DNA of 64,000 bases from an uncultured Anaerolineae bacterium (GTDB lineage Bacteria; Chloroflexota; Anaerolineae; Aggregatilineales; J027): the NCBI GenBank assembly GCA_964639245.1, contig CAZXCU010000001.1:876521-940520 (forward strand). The letters are read 5' to 3'. Both the position numbers and the translations under genes were made by a program. The notes below the pieces were generated by a model. That model ran no database searches and had not been told where the DNA came from. It saw only the letters and a program-made list of their open reading frames with translations. Shown in pieces: positions 48,917 to 58,335 of this stretch (its first letter is position 1; each line of letters begins with the position of its first letter).

Positions 48917-49680
48917 AAGATAGTTTGAACCGCCTTATATCACTTCTCCCTCATATAGATACTGATAATGGACGAGATTTAGTAAAGTATTTTTTGTACT
49001 TTATAACTGTCGAAAATAATCAATCTAGCGCTACTGCCTCAGATATTAGAAACTGCTTTCAAGAGTTACATATGACTCCTTACACTCGAATTAGTCAATT
49101 CCTAAGCGAAGGTAGTAGCCGTAAGTATATGAAGAAACCTATATTTGTAAGAGTTGGAAAATCAGGTTATCGGTTAGAAAGAAGTGAAGAGCAACGTATA
49201 AAAGAGTTGGTAAAAACCGAACCAATTAAGGTACATACTAGCAAAACATTGCGAGAACTTTTAGATAATTTAACTTTAGAAAGAGAAAGGCAGTTCCTAG
49301 AAGAAACCATTAGATGTTATGAAGTAGATGCTTATCGAGCAGCTATTGTTATGGGTTGGATTCTAACGCTTGACCATTTATACGAATATATTATCAACCA
49401 TAAATTAACGGACTTCAATTATGCAATGAGTAAAAATCAGGGAATAAAATTATCTAAAGTAAATAATAAAGATGACTTTAGCAGTCTTAAGGAGAGCGTG
49501 TTCATAGATGTTTGTAGATCAGCAAATATTATTTCAAACGATGTGAGAAAAATCTTAGACCAAAAACTTGATATTCGTAATTCTGCGGCTCATCCATCCA
49601 ATATTGCTATAGCAAAATTAAAGGCTACTGAATTTTTAGAAGACCTCGTTACAAATGTAATAGTAAAGTACCCTATCTAG
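48913..49680 (+). CDS. Hypothetical protein B of the AT-rich cassette: N-terminal wHTH-like domain and C-terminal HEPN-like domain with Rx4H motif (Abi-like putative RNase)
   Basis: 4-bp ATGA overlap with protein A; C-terminal KLDIRNSAAHPSNIAIAKL matches the HEPN / Abi_2 R-x4-6-H motif; strongly AT-rich. Confidence 0.5.
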   Translation: MKDSLNRLISLLPHIDTDNGRDLVKYFLYFITVENNQSSATASDIRNCFQELHMTPYTRISQFLSEGSSRKYMKKPIFVRVGKSGYRLERSEEQRIKELVKTEPIKVHTSKTLRELLDNLTLERERQFLEETIRCYEVDAYRAAIVMGWILTLDHLYEYIINHKLTDFNYAMSKNQGIKLSKVNNKDDFSSLKESVFIDVCRSANIISNDVRKILDQKLDIRNSAAHPSNIAIAKLKATEFLEDLVTNVIVKYPI

Positions 49681-49746
49681 CCTCTATCAAACGTCCCGCA
49701 AAAGTTGTAAATTAGAGACACAAAATTTCTCCCCGAAAGGCTTTGT

Positions 49747-51351
49747 ATGTGGTACAAAACCGCGATTTTTTACGAACTGTATCCCCGCGCCTATATGGAT
49801 GGGAATGGCGACGGCAAAGGGGATTTTATCGGTCTGTTGGATAAAGTTGACCATCTTGTTGAACTGGGAGTAGATTGTGTCTGGCTGACCCCGTATTACC
49901 CTTCCCCCCTGCGCGATGATGGGTATGATATTTCCGATTTTTACAGCGTTGCACCCGCCTTTGGCACGGTAGACGACCTCAAAAAAGTGATAGACCGCCT
50001 GCACGACTACGGCATTAAAGTCATTGCCGACTTGGTGATGAATCACACCTCCGACCAGCACCCGTGGTTTATCGAATCGCGCTCCTCACGGGATAATCCC
50101 AAACGCGATTGGTACGTGTGGAGCGACACCGACCAGCGTTATAACGAAACCCGTATCATTTTTCTGGATACCCACACATCCAACTGGACATATGATGAAA
50201 TAACAGGACAGTATTACTGGCATCGCTTTTTTGACCACCAGCCGGATTTAAATTTTGACAATGCTGAAGTCCGCGCCGAAATGCTCAAGGTGATTGATTT
50301 CTGGCTGGCACTGGGTTTGGATGGTTTCCGTGCTGATGCGATTCCCTATCTATTTGAGCGTGAGGGGACAAACTGCGAAAATCTCAAAGAAACGCATGAT
50401 TACCTCAAAGCGGTGCGCGCCCATATCGATAAAAATTGGCCGGGAAAAATTTTGCTGGCGGAAGCGAATCAGTGGCCGCATGAAACCCGTGAATATTTTG
50501 GCGATAACGATGAATTTCATATGGGGTTTCATTTCCCGGTCATGCCGCGTTTGTATATGGCGCTCAAGCAAAAAAGCCGCCAAAGCATTGTGGATATTTT
50601 GAACCTGACTCCGCCGATTCCAGAGTCGGCGCAGTGGTGTATTTTCCTGCGGAATCATGACGAGTTGACGCTGGAAATGGTCACGCCGGAGGAACGCGAT
50701 TTTATGTGGCGCGAATATGCCCCCGACCCGCGTATGAAATTGAATCTGGGGATTCGCCGCCGTTTTGCGCCCCTGCTGGAGAATGACCGCCGCCGGATGG
50801 AACTGATGAACGCCGAATTGTTCACCCTGCCCGGTTCGCCCATCATTTATTATGGGGATGAAATCGGCATGGGGGACAATATCTGGTTGGAGGACAGGAA
50901 CGGGGTACGGACTCCGATGCAGTGGGATAGCAGCCCCAATGGAGGATTTTCTGCCGCATCTGAAACCTATGCTCCGGTGATTGAGGATGACATTTTTGGG
51001 TATCAAAAAGTCAATGTGCATGACCAGCGCAGCGACCCGACGTCCTTTTTCAACACCATCAAACATATGATTCAGGTGCGTAAAAAATATCAGGCATTCG
51101 GATTAGGAACATTTACCTTTTGCCTGCCAAACAATGAGGCTGTCTTGGCCTACTGGCGCGAATATGAGACGGAAAAAATCCTGTGTGTGTTTAACCTCTC
51201 GGATGAGACACAATCCGCTGTTTTCGATTTGCCATCCGAAATGGGCAAAACGCCCCTCAATGTGCTGACGGGCGACTCGTTGCCCAAGATTGCCCATAGT
51301 GAATTGAGTCTGACGCTTGCCCCTTACGGGTACACTTGGTTGAAATTTTAA
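49747..51351 (+). CDS. GH13 alpha-amylase-family enzyme (trehalose synthase / maltose alpha-D-glucosyltransferase / sucrose-isomerase-like)
   Basis: WYKTAIFYELYPRAYMDGNGDGKGDFIGL, VIADLVMNHTSDQHPWF, GFRADAIPYL, FLRNHDEL catalytic regions I-IV of GH13. Confidence 0.8.
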   Translation: MWYKTAIFYELYPRAYMDGNGDGKGDFIGLLDKVDHLVELGVDCVWLTPYYPSPLRDDGYDISDFYSVAPAFGTVDDLKKVIDRLHDYGIKVIADLVMNHTSDQHPWFIESRSSRDNPKRDWYVWSDTDQRYNETRIIFLDTHTSNWTYDEITGQYYWHRFFDHQPDLNFDNAEVRAEMLKVIDFWLALGLDGFRADAIPYLFEREGTNCENLKETHDYLKAVRAHIDKNWPGKILLAEANQWPHETREYFGDNDEFHMGFHFPVMPRLYMALKQKSRQSIVDILNLTPPIPESAQWCIFLRNHDELTLEMVTPEERDFMWREYAPDPRMKLNLGIRRRFAPLLENDRRRMELMNAELFTLPGSPIIYYGDEIGMGDNIWLEDRNGVRTPMQWDSSPNGGFSAASETYAPVIEDDIFGYQKVNVHDQRSDPTSFFNTIKHMIQVRKKYQAFGLGTFTFCLPNNEAVLAYWREYETEKILCVFNLSDETQSAVFDLPSEMGKTPLNVLTGDSLPKIAHSELSLTLAPYGYTWLKF

Positions 51352-51401
51352 TATTTTCCTCACCCTCAATCCCTCTCTAATGAACAATGGAGAGGGACTT
51401 C

Positions 51402-53345
51402 ATGGAGAAATTTATGCAGCGCGAACACGCCAAAACCTATCAACGGCTGATTGACCGCCTGAACTTTGCGAAATTGTCGGCAACCCGCCGCAAAATTTTT
51501 ATCCGCCGCCTAGCGCAGATTTTCCCCGAAATCTATGAATTGCTGGCGGGAATCTACGGCACACGGCGCGACTTTTTTTATCATCTGGAAGCAGTGCTAC
51601 AAACAGCAGTGGACTATACCGCTGCCCGTCCCGATGATTTACACGCGCTGGATGCCGAACGGGAAAAAGATCCCCTGTGGTTTCAGTCAGAAAAAATGCT
51701 GGCAGCCATGCTGTATGTGGATTTGTTCGCGGGAAATTTACAAGGCGTGCGCGGGAAAATTCCCTACCTCAAGGAATTGGGCATCACCTATCTGCATTTG
51801 ATGCCGTTGTTCCGCAGTCCCGAAGAAAATAGCGATGGGGGCTATGCCGTCAGCAGTTTTCGAGAAGTCAATCCCGCGCTGGGGACAATCGATGAACTTC
51901 GTGCTTTAGCCCAAGAATTTCGGCTGAATGGCATCAGTTTGACGCTCGATTTTGTGTTTAACCATACCAGCGACGAACACGACTGGGCCTTAAAAGCGCT
52001 GGCAGGGGATGAAGATTTTCAGGACTACTATTTGATTTTTCCTGACCGCACACTGCCCGACCAGTATCAGCCGATGCTACGCGATATTTTTCCTGACCAA
52101 GCACCGGGCAGTTTTACCTATCGGCCTGAAATTGAAAAATGGGTCTGGACGACCTTTAACACCTTCCAATGGGATTTAAATTACCGTAACCCCGAAGTGT
52201 TTAACGCGATGCTAGGGGAAATGCTCTTTTTAGCCAACGTCGGGGTAGAAATTTTGCGGTTGGATGCGGTGGCCTTCATCTGGAAAGAGATGGGGACGGT
52301 TTGCGAGAATCTGCCGCAAGCCCACCAGATTATTCAGGCATTTAACGCGCTGGTGCGTCTGGTTGCGCCTGCCATGGCGTTAAAATCCGAAGCGATTGTG
52401 CATCCTGATGAGGTCGAAAAATACTTCGGACAGGGCGAAAAAGCGGGATATGAATGTCCGATTTCCTACAATCCGACGTTGATGGCGCTTCTCTGGGAAA
52501 CCCTAGCCACGCGGGAAGTGCGTCTGCTGCACCACTCGATGCAAAAACGCTTTGCCCATCCCCCAAACTGCGCGTGGGTGAACTATGTACGCAGCCATGA
52601 TGACATTGGATGGAGTTTTGCTGATGAAGATGCCCGCGAAATCCATATCAACGGTTTTAACCACCGCCTGTTTTTGAATAATTTTTACACCGGGCAATTC
52701 CCCGATAGTTTTGCGCGGGGTTTGATTTTTAATTACAACCCCGTTACTCAGGACGGACGCATCACGGGGACATGTGCCTCGCTTGCCGGACTGGAATTTG
52801 CCCTCAAAAGCGGCGAAAAACATGCAATTGATCTGGCGATTCAGCGCATTTTATTGATTCACAGCATCATTTTGAGTATCGGCGGGATTCCTCTTCTTTA
52901 CATCGGGGATGAAATTGCCACCCGCAACGATTACAGCTATGAGCAGGACACAGGCAAAGCCGCCGATAATCGCTGGGTGCATCGTCCGAAAATGGATTGG
53001 GAACGCGCCGAAAATCGCCATGACCCGAACACGATTGAAGGGCGAGTGTATCAAAATCTGCTTAAATTGATTCATCTGCGGCAGCACAACCCGATTTTTG
53101 CGGGGGGAGAAACGCGCATTGTGGAGACAGGCAACCCGCATGTGTTTGGTTATCAGCGTTGGCGGGAGGGGCAGGGCTTCTTGGCGCTGTGCAATTTCTC
53201 TGAACGGGAGCAGACGGTGGATGTTGCCAAGTACCGCGTGTTTGGTCTGAAATTGCATATGCGCGAGATGGCGACGGGGGAAGACGTGGTTTTAAATGGC
53301 AAATACACCCTGCAACCCTATCAATTTTTATGGCTAAATTGTTAA
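51402..53345 (+). CDS. Amylosucrase (GH13_4 sucrose glucosyltransferase)
   Basis: YVDLFAGNLQGVRGKIPYLKELGITYLHLMPLFRSPEENSDGGYAVSSFREVNPALGTIDELRAL and LDFVFNHTSDEHDWALKALAGDEDFQDYYLIFPDR closely follow the Neisseria polysaccharea amylosucrase sequence as I recall it. GGAGAGGGA SD before ATG 51402; the track ORF starts at 51387. Confidence 0.8.
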   Translation: MEKFMQREHAKTYQRLIDRLNFAKLSATRRKIFIRRLAQIFPEIYELLAGIYGTRRDFFYHLEAVLQTAVDYTAARPDDLHALDAEREKDPLWFQSEKMLAAMLYVDLFAGNLQGVRGKIPYLKELGITYLHLMPLFRSPEENSDGGYAVSSFREVNPALGTIDELRALAQEFRLNGISLTLDFVFNHTSDEHDWALKALAGDEDFQDYYLIFPDRTLPDQYQPMLRDIFPDQAPGSFTYRPEIEKWVWTTFNTFQWDLNYRNPEVFNAMLGEMLFLANVGVEILRLDAVAFIWKEMGTVCENLPQAHQIIQAFNALVRLVAPAMALKSEAIVHPDEVEKYFGQGEKAGYECPISYNPTLMALLWETLATREVRLLHHSMQKRFAHPPNCAWVNYVRSHDDIGWSFADEDAREIHINGFNHRLFLNNFYTGQFPDSFARGLIFNYNPVTQDGRITGTCASLAGLEFALKSGEKHAIDLAIQRILLIHSIILSIGGIPLLYIGDEIATRNDYSYEQDTGKAADNRWVHRPKMDWERAENRHDPNTIEGRVYQNLLKLIHLRQHNPIFAGGETRIVETGNPHVFGYQRWREGQGFLALCNFSEREQTVDVAKYRVFGLKLHMREMATGEDVVLNGKYTLQPYQFLWLNC

Positions 53346-53395
53346 GTGCTTCATCCGGTAAGTAATTTCACAGGATGGGTGACGGATGGCGCGTC

Positions 53396-53841
53396 CTTAG
53401 CACCTACCCCTACAGAATTTTCACCTAATAAATCGGTTTTTCGGTAGGGGTGGGTCTCCAACGGAGAAAGATGTAAAACATCTGTAACCCACCCACTGAA
53501 CTAATTTATCGGATACAGTATTAAGAACGTATCCGTCAATTAAAACGCTGGCCTGATGCTGTTTAACAATTTAGTACGGATTGCCAAATGTACGGGCGTG
53601 GTCTCTGACCCGCCCTCGTCCGGTAAATGCTTTCGGAGGGCGGGAATCGGCGCGGCGGACTTTTTGACAAACACACATACTCCCATCTAACGCGCCTTGT
53701 CCCCGCCCCTACGGGATTTCATCTGCATTTACTTGTAGGATGCAGCACTTACTACAAACTCAAAAGTTTATCGGTGATGGGGGCAGGAAGCGCTCGCGGA
53801 AGTTTGCTTGTTCCCGCCCTTACGAAATCCGAATGATGAAT
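53396..53841. repeat. Highly structured intergenic region with nested GC-rich palindromes including three REP-like units (53596-53650, 53690-53720, 53776-53841)
   Basis: cccgccctc/gagggcggg, ccccgcccctacgg, ctgcat/atgcag, and a ~65-bp unit near-identical to 17871-17937. Confidence 0.55.
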
Positions 53842-53855
53842 GGAGGTGTACAAGG

Positions 53856-55838
53856 CTATTGGGCAATATCGCCCAGCGCACAGGGGGGAAGATTGGCTTG
53901 GGCGAAATCCTGACCAAAAAAGCTGGCCTGTTGGTCGCTGCCTTCAATCCGCATCTCGACCACAATCACCGTGCCATCATTTTCAGCAATGGCACGGCTG
54001 TCCACCACCGTTGCCAGTTCACCAATCGTGGCACTGCCCGGCCCTTGCAGGGGGTAATCGCTGTTTTCCAGCACCGCCGCTAAATTGGCGGCAAGGGTTT
54101 CGCCGTCCTGCCGCGTTCCAAAAAATCCAAGTGCGTAGAGGAAATGCCAGCCATCAGGTCGCAGCACATTGGCAAAGGCTTCGATGCGGTAAGCTGGCAA
54201 GCCACACACCAGCCCGCCCGAAACGGGATTAACAGAGCGATGGATAATCACATTCGTCGCATCTTCAAGAGCGCGGGTGGTCAGCAGTAAATCCCGTGCA
54301 AACGGCAGGGTCGAACGGACTGCTCCGGTCAAAACATCCATCAACAGATGCAAATTCACCTGGGTATTGGCAATGACCATCACCCCATCCTGCGGCACAG
54401 CCACAATCTTGGCGAGGCTATCCAGCAAAAACCCGCCCGATTCGGGAACATCCCGCAGGATAAAAACGCGCACGCCTAAATACTGCTCAACGGCGACATA
54501 CCCATTGGCTTTGAGCGCGGCTTCCACTTCTTCGACAGTGAAATTACCCCAGACAATGCGCTCATAATCCCCGATGCTAAAGGTCATTTCGATGGTCTGG
54601 TAAATAGCTTCAGGAGAAAAGCCGAACCATTGCTCGAAATTTGGCTCAAAAGCCAGATCGGTACGCCATGTGCTGTTGAGGGCTGCTTCTTGGGCGGGAG
54701 TCAAAATTTGCGCCGCACGGATGACCGGAGTGTTCAACCCTGCGTTATACAATGCCTGCTCCACATTGCCGTAGCGAATAGTGCCATCGGTACGGGCTGC
54801 CCCCAAATCTTGCATCAGTGCCATGCCCATTGAAACGGCGGCGGCATTAGGGGCGGTAAAAAGCTGGCAAAGGTCAGGTTGGGTGGCAAGGTCAAAAGGC
54901 AGCGCTTCAAATTCATTCCGCAAACGCAGGGTCAATTGCAAAATGTTATTTGTGCCGCTTTCATAGAGGCGTTGGTTGGTGATGGTGGTGTGCTGTCCCA
55001 CAACACCATCATACAAAGATGGGCGGGTGGTCGAAAATTCCAACCGTTCGGTCAGGTAACGGGCATCTGCCAGCAAAATTGGATGGTCGTAGCCAATATT
55101 GAGGACATACTGCCATTCGCCAAGCGTAGCATCGTATCGTAACCCGTGCGCCGCGACCTGATTATCCTCCGCCGGGCAATTGGCGCTGGGTTGGTCAAAA
55201 CGTAAAACACTGCTGCTCACATGCGATGTTGATTCACTTAAAAAGTTAAGCAGGCTGTTTTTCCGTACAATCGGCAGCGTATGTCCATCATACAGTTGCA
55301 GCATGGTTTGGAGTTGTAATTCGGAGGAGGCTACCAGAATCATCTGTTGACCCGGCAGCGCGATATAGGGGGCAATTTCGCGCCATGTACTATTCGGGGT
55401 GGCTGCATAGGCTTCAATGGGAAATGTAGACAGACGCTCGTACCCATGTTCAGGGAGCGCCGTGGCAACTGCGAGTGTATTAAATGTGCCTTCCACCCAC
55501 AGCATAAAATCGGTATCGCGGCGGGCTTCGACCACATGGGTCATCTGGTAGGGGCTGAATGGCAGTTCCAATGTCATAAAAAGCGGCTGCCACGCGGTGT
55601 TCCATGCCTGCTGCTGAACTGCATTCGGTTGTTTTTCAGGAGGCCATGTTTCCCCAAGCGATTGCATAAGGTGGGTGTAATCGGTAAAAGCGATGGTCTG
55701 CCAATTTTCATCGGGAATCCGACTCAAGGCAGTATACACCCCCGGTAATTGGGGCTGTGGGGCGGTGGGAGTCATGCCCAAAACCCCTATCGGCGAGAGG
55801 AGCAGAATCAGCAGCAGCACCCCTACCTGTCGCATCAT
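53856..55838 (-). CDS. Secreted hypothetical protein (660 aa)
   Basis: Signal peptide MMRQVGVLLLILLLSPIGVLG; no recognisable motif; 4-bp overlap with the upstream dehydrogenase gene suggests an operon. Confidence 0.4.
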   Translation of the reverse strand: MMRQVGVLLLILLLSPIGVLGMTPTAPQPQLPGVYTALSRIPDENWQTIAFTDYTHLMQSLGETWPPEKQPNAVQQQAWNTAWQPLFMTLELPFSPYQMTHVVEARRDTDFMLWVEGTFNTLAVATALPEHGYERLSTFPIEAYAATPNSTWREIAPYIALPGQQMILVASSELQLQTMLQLYDGHTLPIVRKNSLLNFLSESTSHVSSSVLRFDQPSANCPAEDNQVAAHGLRYDATLGEWQYVLNIGYDHPILLADARYLTERLEFSTTRPSLYDGVVGQHTTITNQRLYESGTNNILQLTLRLRNEFEALPFDLATQPDLCQLFTAPNAAAVSMGMALMQDLGAARTDGTIRYGNVEQALYNAGLNTPVIRAAQILTPAQEAALNSTWRTDLAFEPNFEQWFGFSPEAIYQTIEMTFSIGDYERIVWGNFTVEEVEAALKANGYVAVEQYLGVRVFILRDVPESGGFLLDSLAKIVAVPQDGVMVIANTQVNLHLLMDVLTGAVRSTLPFARDLLLTTRALEDATNVIIHRSVNPVSGGLVCGLPAYRIEAFANVLRPDGWHFLYALGFFGTRQDGETLAANLAAVLENSDYPLQGPGSATIGELATVVDSRAIAENDGTVIVVEMRIEGSDQQASFFGQDFAQANLPPCALGDIAQ

Positions 55839-56935
55839 TCCACCGCCACCAAACGGTAAACGCCACTGGAGGATGCGAAATATAGCGCCCCGTCCAATCC
55901 GGTTAAAACGGCAGTATGGCAGGCTGCACCGCGCAAATCAATGACTTCCTCATAAACAACCTGAGTCCGGTCTGCATTGAGGGTGAGACTCCGCATTTTG
56001 CCGTCTTTCCAAGCACAGAAAAACACGTTGCCTTGAAAAACGGGGAGTTGGTCACCTGTGTAGACCCCGATGCCAACCGGGGCAATGGTGGGGGTGTAGT
56101 GAACAAGCGGATAGGTGTAGTCAGGATTTTCATTAGGGCGTTCATCATCACAGTTAGAAATCTGGGGATAATCGGCCCGCCAGCCGTAATTTTGACCCGC
56201 TTGGATGAGATTAACTTCATCATCACACGAAGGGCCGTTTTCTGTCGCAAAAATCGCGTCACTGTAGGGGTCAAACACAAAATCAATCGGGTTGCGTAAG
56301 CCAATCGCAAAGGCAGAGTTGTCCGACCAAGGATTGTCCTGCGGGATGCGTAATTCATCTCCCACCACTTCAAAACGATGAATTTTGCCGGGGTAGACAC
56401 TTAAATCGGCAGCATTGGCGGCGTTGGCGTTGTCTCCAATGGATACATACAGATACCCCTGCTCATCAAAACGCACCCGCCCGCCGGTATGCCATGAATA
56501 ATCGCGGGATTCGTAGGGAACTTCCAGCATCACACGCGGGTCACTGCCGACCCCATCGGTTTCTTGAAAACGGACAACCTGCTGCCAGACTTTATAAACC
56601 CCATCCCGGACTAAGGGGGTGGTCAGATACACCCACAGGTAATGATTTTCGGCAAAATTGGGGTCAAGCGTAATTCCAATCAGGCCGCGTTCGCCAAGCG
56701 CATCCACTTTAAAAGTGATCACAGGCTGGGGAACGAGTTTACCCGTCGCATCCACGACGCGGACATTCCCCGTTTCTTTTTCCGTATAAAACAGCCTGCC
56801 ATCCGGTGCAAAAATCATTCCAGTTAAAAGGTTGGGGGTTTGGACATATTGTTCCACGTTATACGTCACGCCGGGTTGGGCGTGGGTGGGGGGGACAACG
56901 CAAATAAGACAAACACACAGGAGGAAAAAACGCAT
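55835..56935 (-). CDS. PQQ-dependent sugar dehydrogenase family beta-propeller protein (second paralog)
   Basis: Signal peptide; GERGLIGITLDPNF, GGRVRFDEQGYLYVSIGD, GLRNPIDFVFDP motifs of the GSDH family. Confidence 0.75.
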   Translation of the reverse strand: MRFFLLCVCLICVVPPTHAQPGVTYNVEQYVQTPNLLTGMIFAPDGRLFYTEKETGNVRVVDATGKLVPQPVITFKVDALGERGLIGITLDPNFAENHYLWVYLTTPLVRDGVYKVWQQVVRFQETDGVGSDPRVMLEVPYESRDYSWHTGGRVRFDEQGYLYVSIGDNANAANAADLSVYPGKIHRFEVVGDELRIPQDNPWSDNSAFAIGLRNPIDFVFDPYSDAIFATENGPSCDDEVNLIQAGQNYGWRADYPQISNCDDERPNENPDYTYPLVHYTPTIAPVGIGVYTGDQLPVFQGNVFFCAWKDGKMRSLTLNADRTQVVYEEVIDLRGAACHTAVLTGLDGALYFASSSGVYRLVAVE

Positions 56936-57081
56936 GGTGACTCAAACCCAAATTGAACATGCCAAGTATAGCCTGCTGTCGGGTTCTATCCAGCCAGCGT
57001 AGGGGAGTAGCCATGTTGTAGGCGGAAAACAAAAAACCCCTATCGGTTATAGGGGTCTCCGGTGGATGTCGTTACAGGGGA

Positions 57082-58266
57082 TTAATCTAACAAAACACGG
57101 GCGTTTTCAGTGACCCAGTAAACAAACACCGATTGTCCGGGTTCGTAGTGGGTGTCAAACCGATGCCCGAAATTTTGCATACGGACGACAATTTCCTGTT
57201 TGGTTTCCCCTAATTCAACGATATATCGCATGTCCGTTCCAATATAAATCCGATTCCAGATGATGGCTGGAATAACTTCGGTATTGGGTTCGGCTTGCAT
57301 CGTTTGGAGCATGTCTTCGGCAGAAATTTCGTAATTGTCCCCCCGTTTGACTGTGCCTGTTTTGGGGATTAAGCCCAATTTTTCCGGGCGGATGGCAATG
57401 GTGACTTTTTGCCCGTTGACCATATCGGGGTTGTCTAAAATTGCACTCACGCAGTAACCGTCCGCCAATTCGACCTGTCCACGATTGCCTTCTTTTTCCT
57501 TAAGCGTTCCCGTAATAAAATTCGTTTCTCCAATGAAATCGGCGACAAAGCGGGTGTGAGGAGCTTCGTAAATTTCTTCTGGCGTACCGACCTGCAAAAC
57601 TTTGCCTTTGTCCATGACGGCAATCCGGTCAGCCATGGTCATGGCCTCTTCTTGGTCGTGGGTCACAAAAATAAAGGTGATGCCCAAGCGTTTTTGCATC
57701 TCCTTGAGTTCGTACTGCATGGCTTTCCGCAATTTGAGGTCAAGTGCGCCGAGGGGTTCATCCAGTAGCAGCACCGTAGGATTTTTCACCAGCGCCCGTG
57801 CTAAGGCCACACGCTGCTGTTGCCCGCCAGACAGGGCCGTGGGTTTGCGATTCATCGCTGTTCCCAGTTGTACCTGTTCTAAGGCCTTCATCGCTCGGTC
57901 ACGGGCTTCAGAACGCGGCACCCGTTCCATTTCCAACCCGAACATGACATTTTGCAGCGCGGTCATGTGTGGGAACAGCGCGTAATCCTGAAAAACGGTG
58001 TTGACAGGGCGGTGAAAGGGCGGGACATCTTGCACGGGTTTGCCACGAATCAAAATCTCGCCGGAGGAGGTATTTTCAAACCCGGCAATCATACGGAGGG
58101 TGGTGGTTTTGCCACACCCGCTTGGCCCCAGCAGCGCGAAAAATTCACCATCAGCGATCTGGAGCGATACATCGTCCACCGCCCGCACGGGAACTTCGCC
58201 ACGCCGCGCCGGAAATTCTTTAATCACATGCTTTAATTCAACATCAAGAGTGGGTGTCTCCGCCAT
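57082..58266 (-). CDS. potA: Spermidine/putrescine ABC transporter ATP-binding protein
   Basis: Walker A GPSGCGKTT, signature LSGGQQQRVALARAL, Walker B LLLDEPLGALD, C-terminal TOBE domain. AAGGAG SD before ATGATG (the track ORF starts at 58296). Confidence 0.85.
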   Translation of the reverse strand: MAETPTLDVELKHVIKEFPARRGEVPVRAVDDVSLQIADGEFFALLGPSGCGKTTTLRMIAGFENTSSGEILIRGKPVQDVPPFHRPVNTVFQDYALFPHMTALQNVMFGLEMERVPRSEARDRAMKALEQVQLGTAMNRKPTALSGGQQQRVALARALVKNPTVLLLDEPLGALDLKLRKAMQYELKEMQKRLGITFIFVTHDQEEAMTMADRIAVMDKGKVLQVGTPEEIYEAPHTRFVADFIGETNFITGTLKEKEGNRGQVELADGYCVSAILDNPDMVNGQKVTIAIRPEKLGLIPKTGTVKRGDNYEISAEDMLQTMQAEPNTEVIPAIIWNRIYIGTDMRYIVELGETKQEIVVRMQNFGHRFDTHYEPGQSVFVYWVTENARVLLD

Positions 58267-58299
58267 CATTGCTCCTTTATTGGCGTTTGGCCTCATCGA

Positions 58300-58335
58300 C
58301 GGGGCGAGTTTGCTGACCCGCCCCTACAAAATCCT
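58300..58335 (-). repeat. REP-like hairpin in the potD-potA intercistronic spacer
   Basis: acggggcgag-N8-cccgcccctacaaaat. Confidence 0.5.

Noticed and set aside
50350-51066. 238-aa minus-strand ORF
   Set aside because: Antisense inside the GH13 gene.
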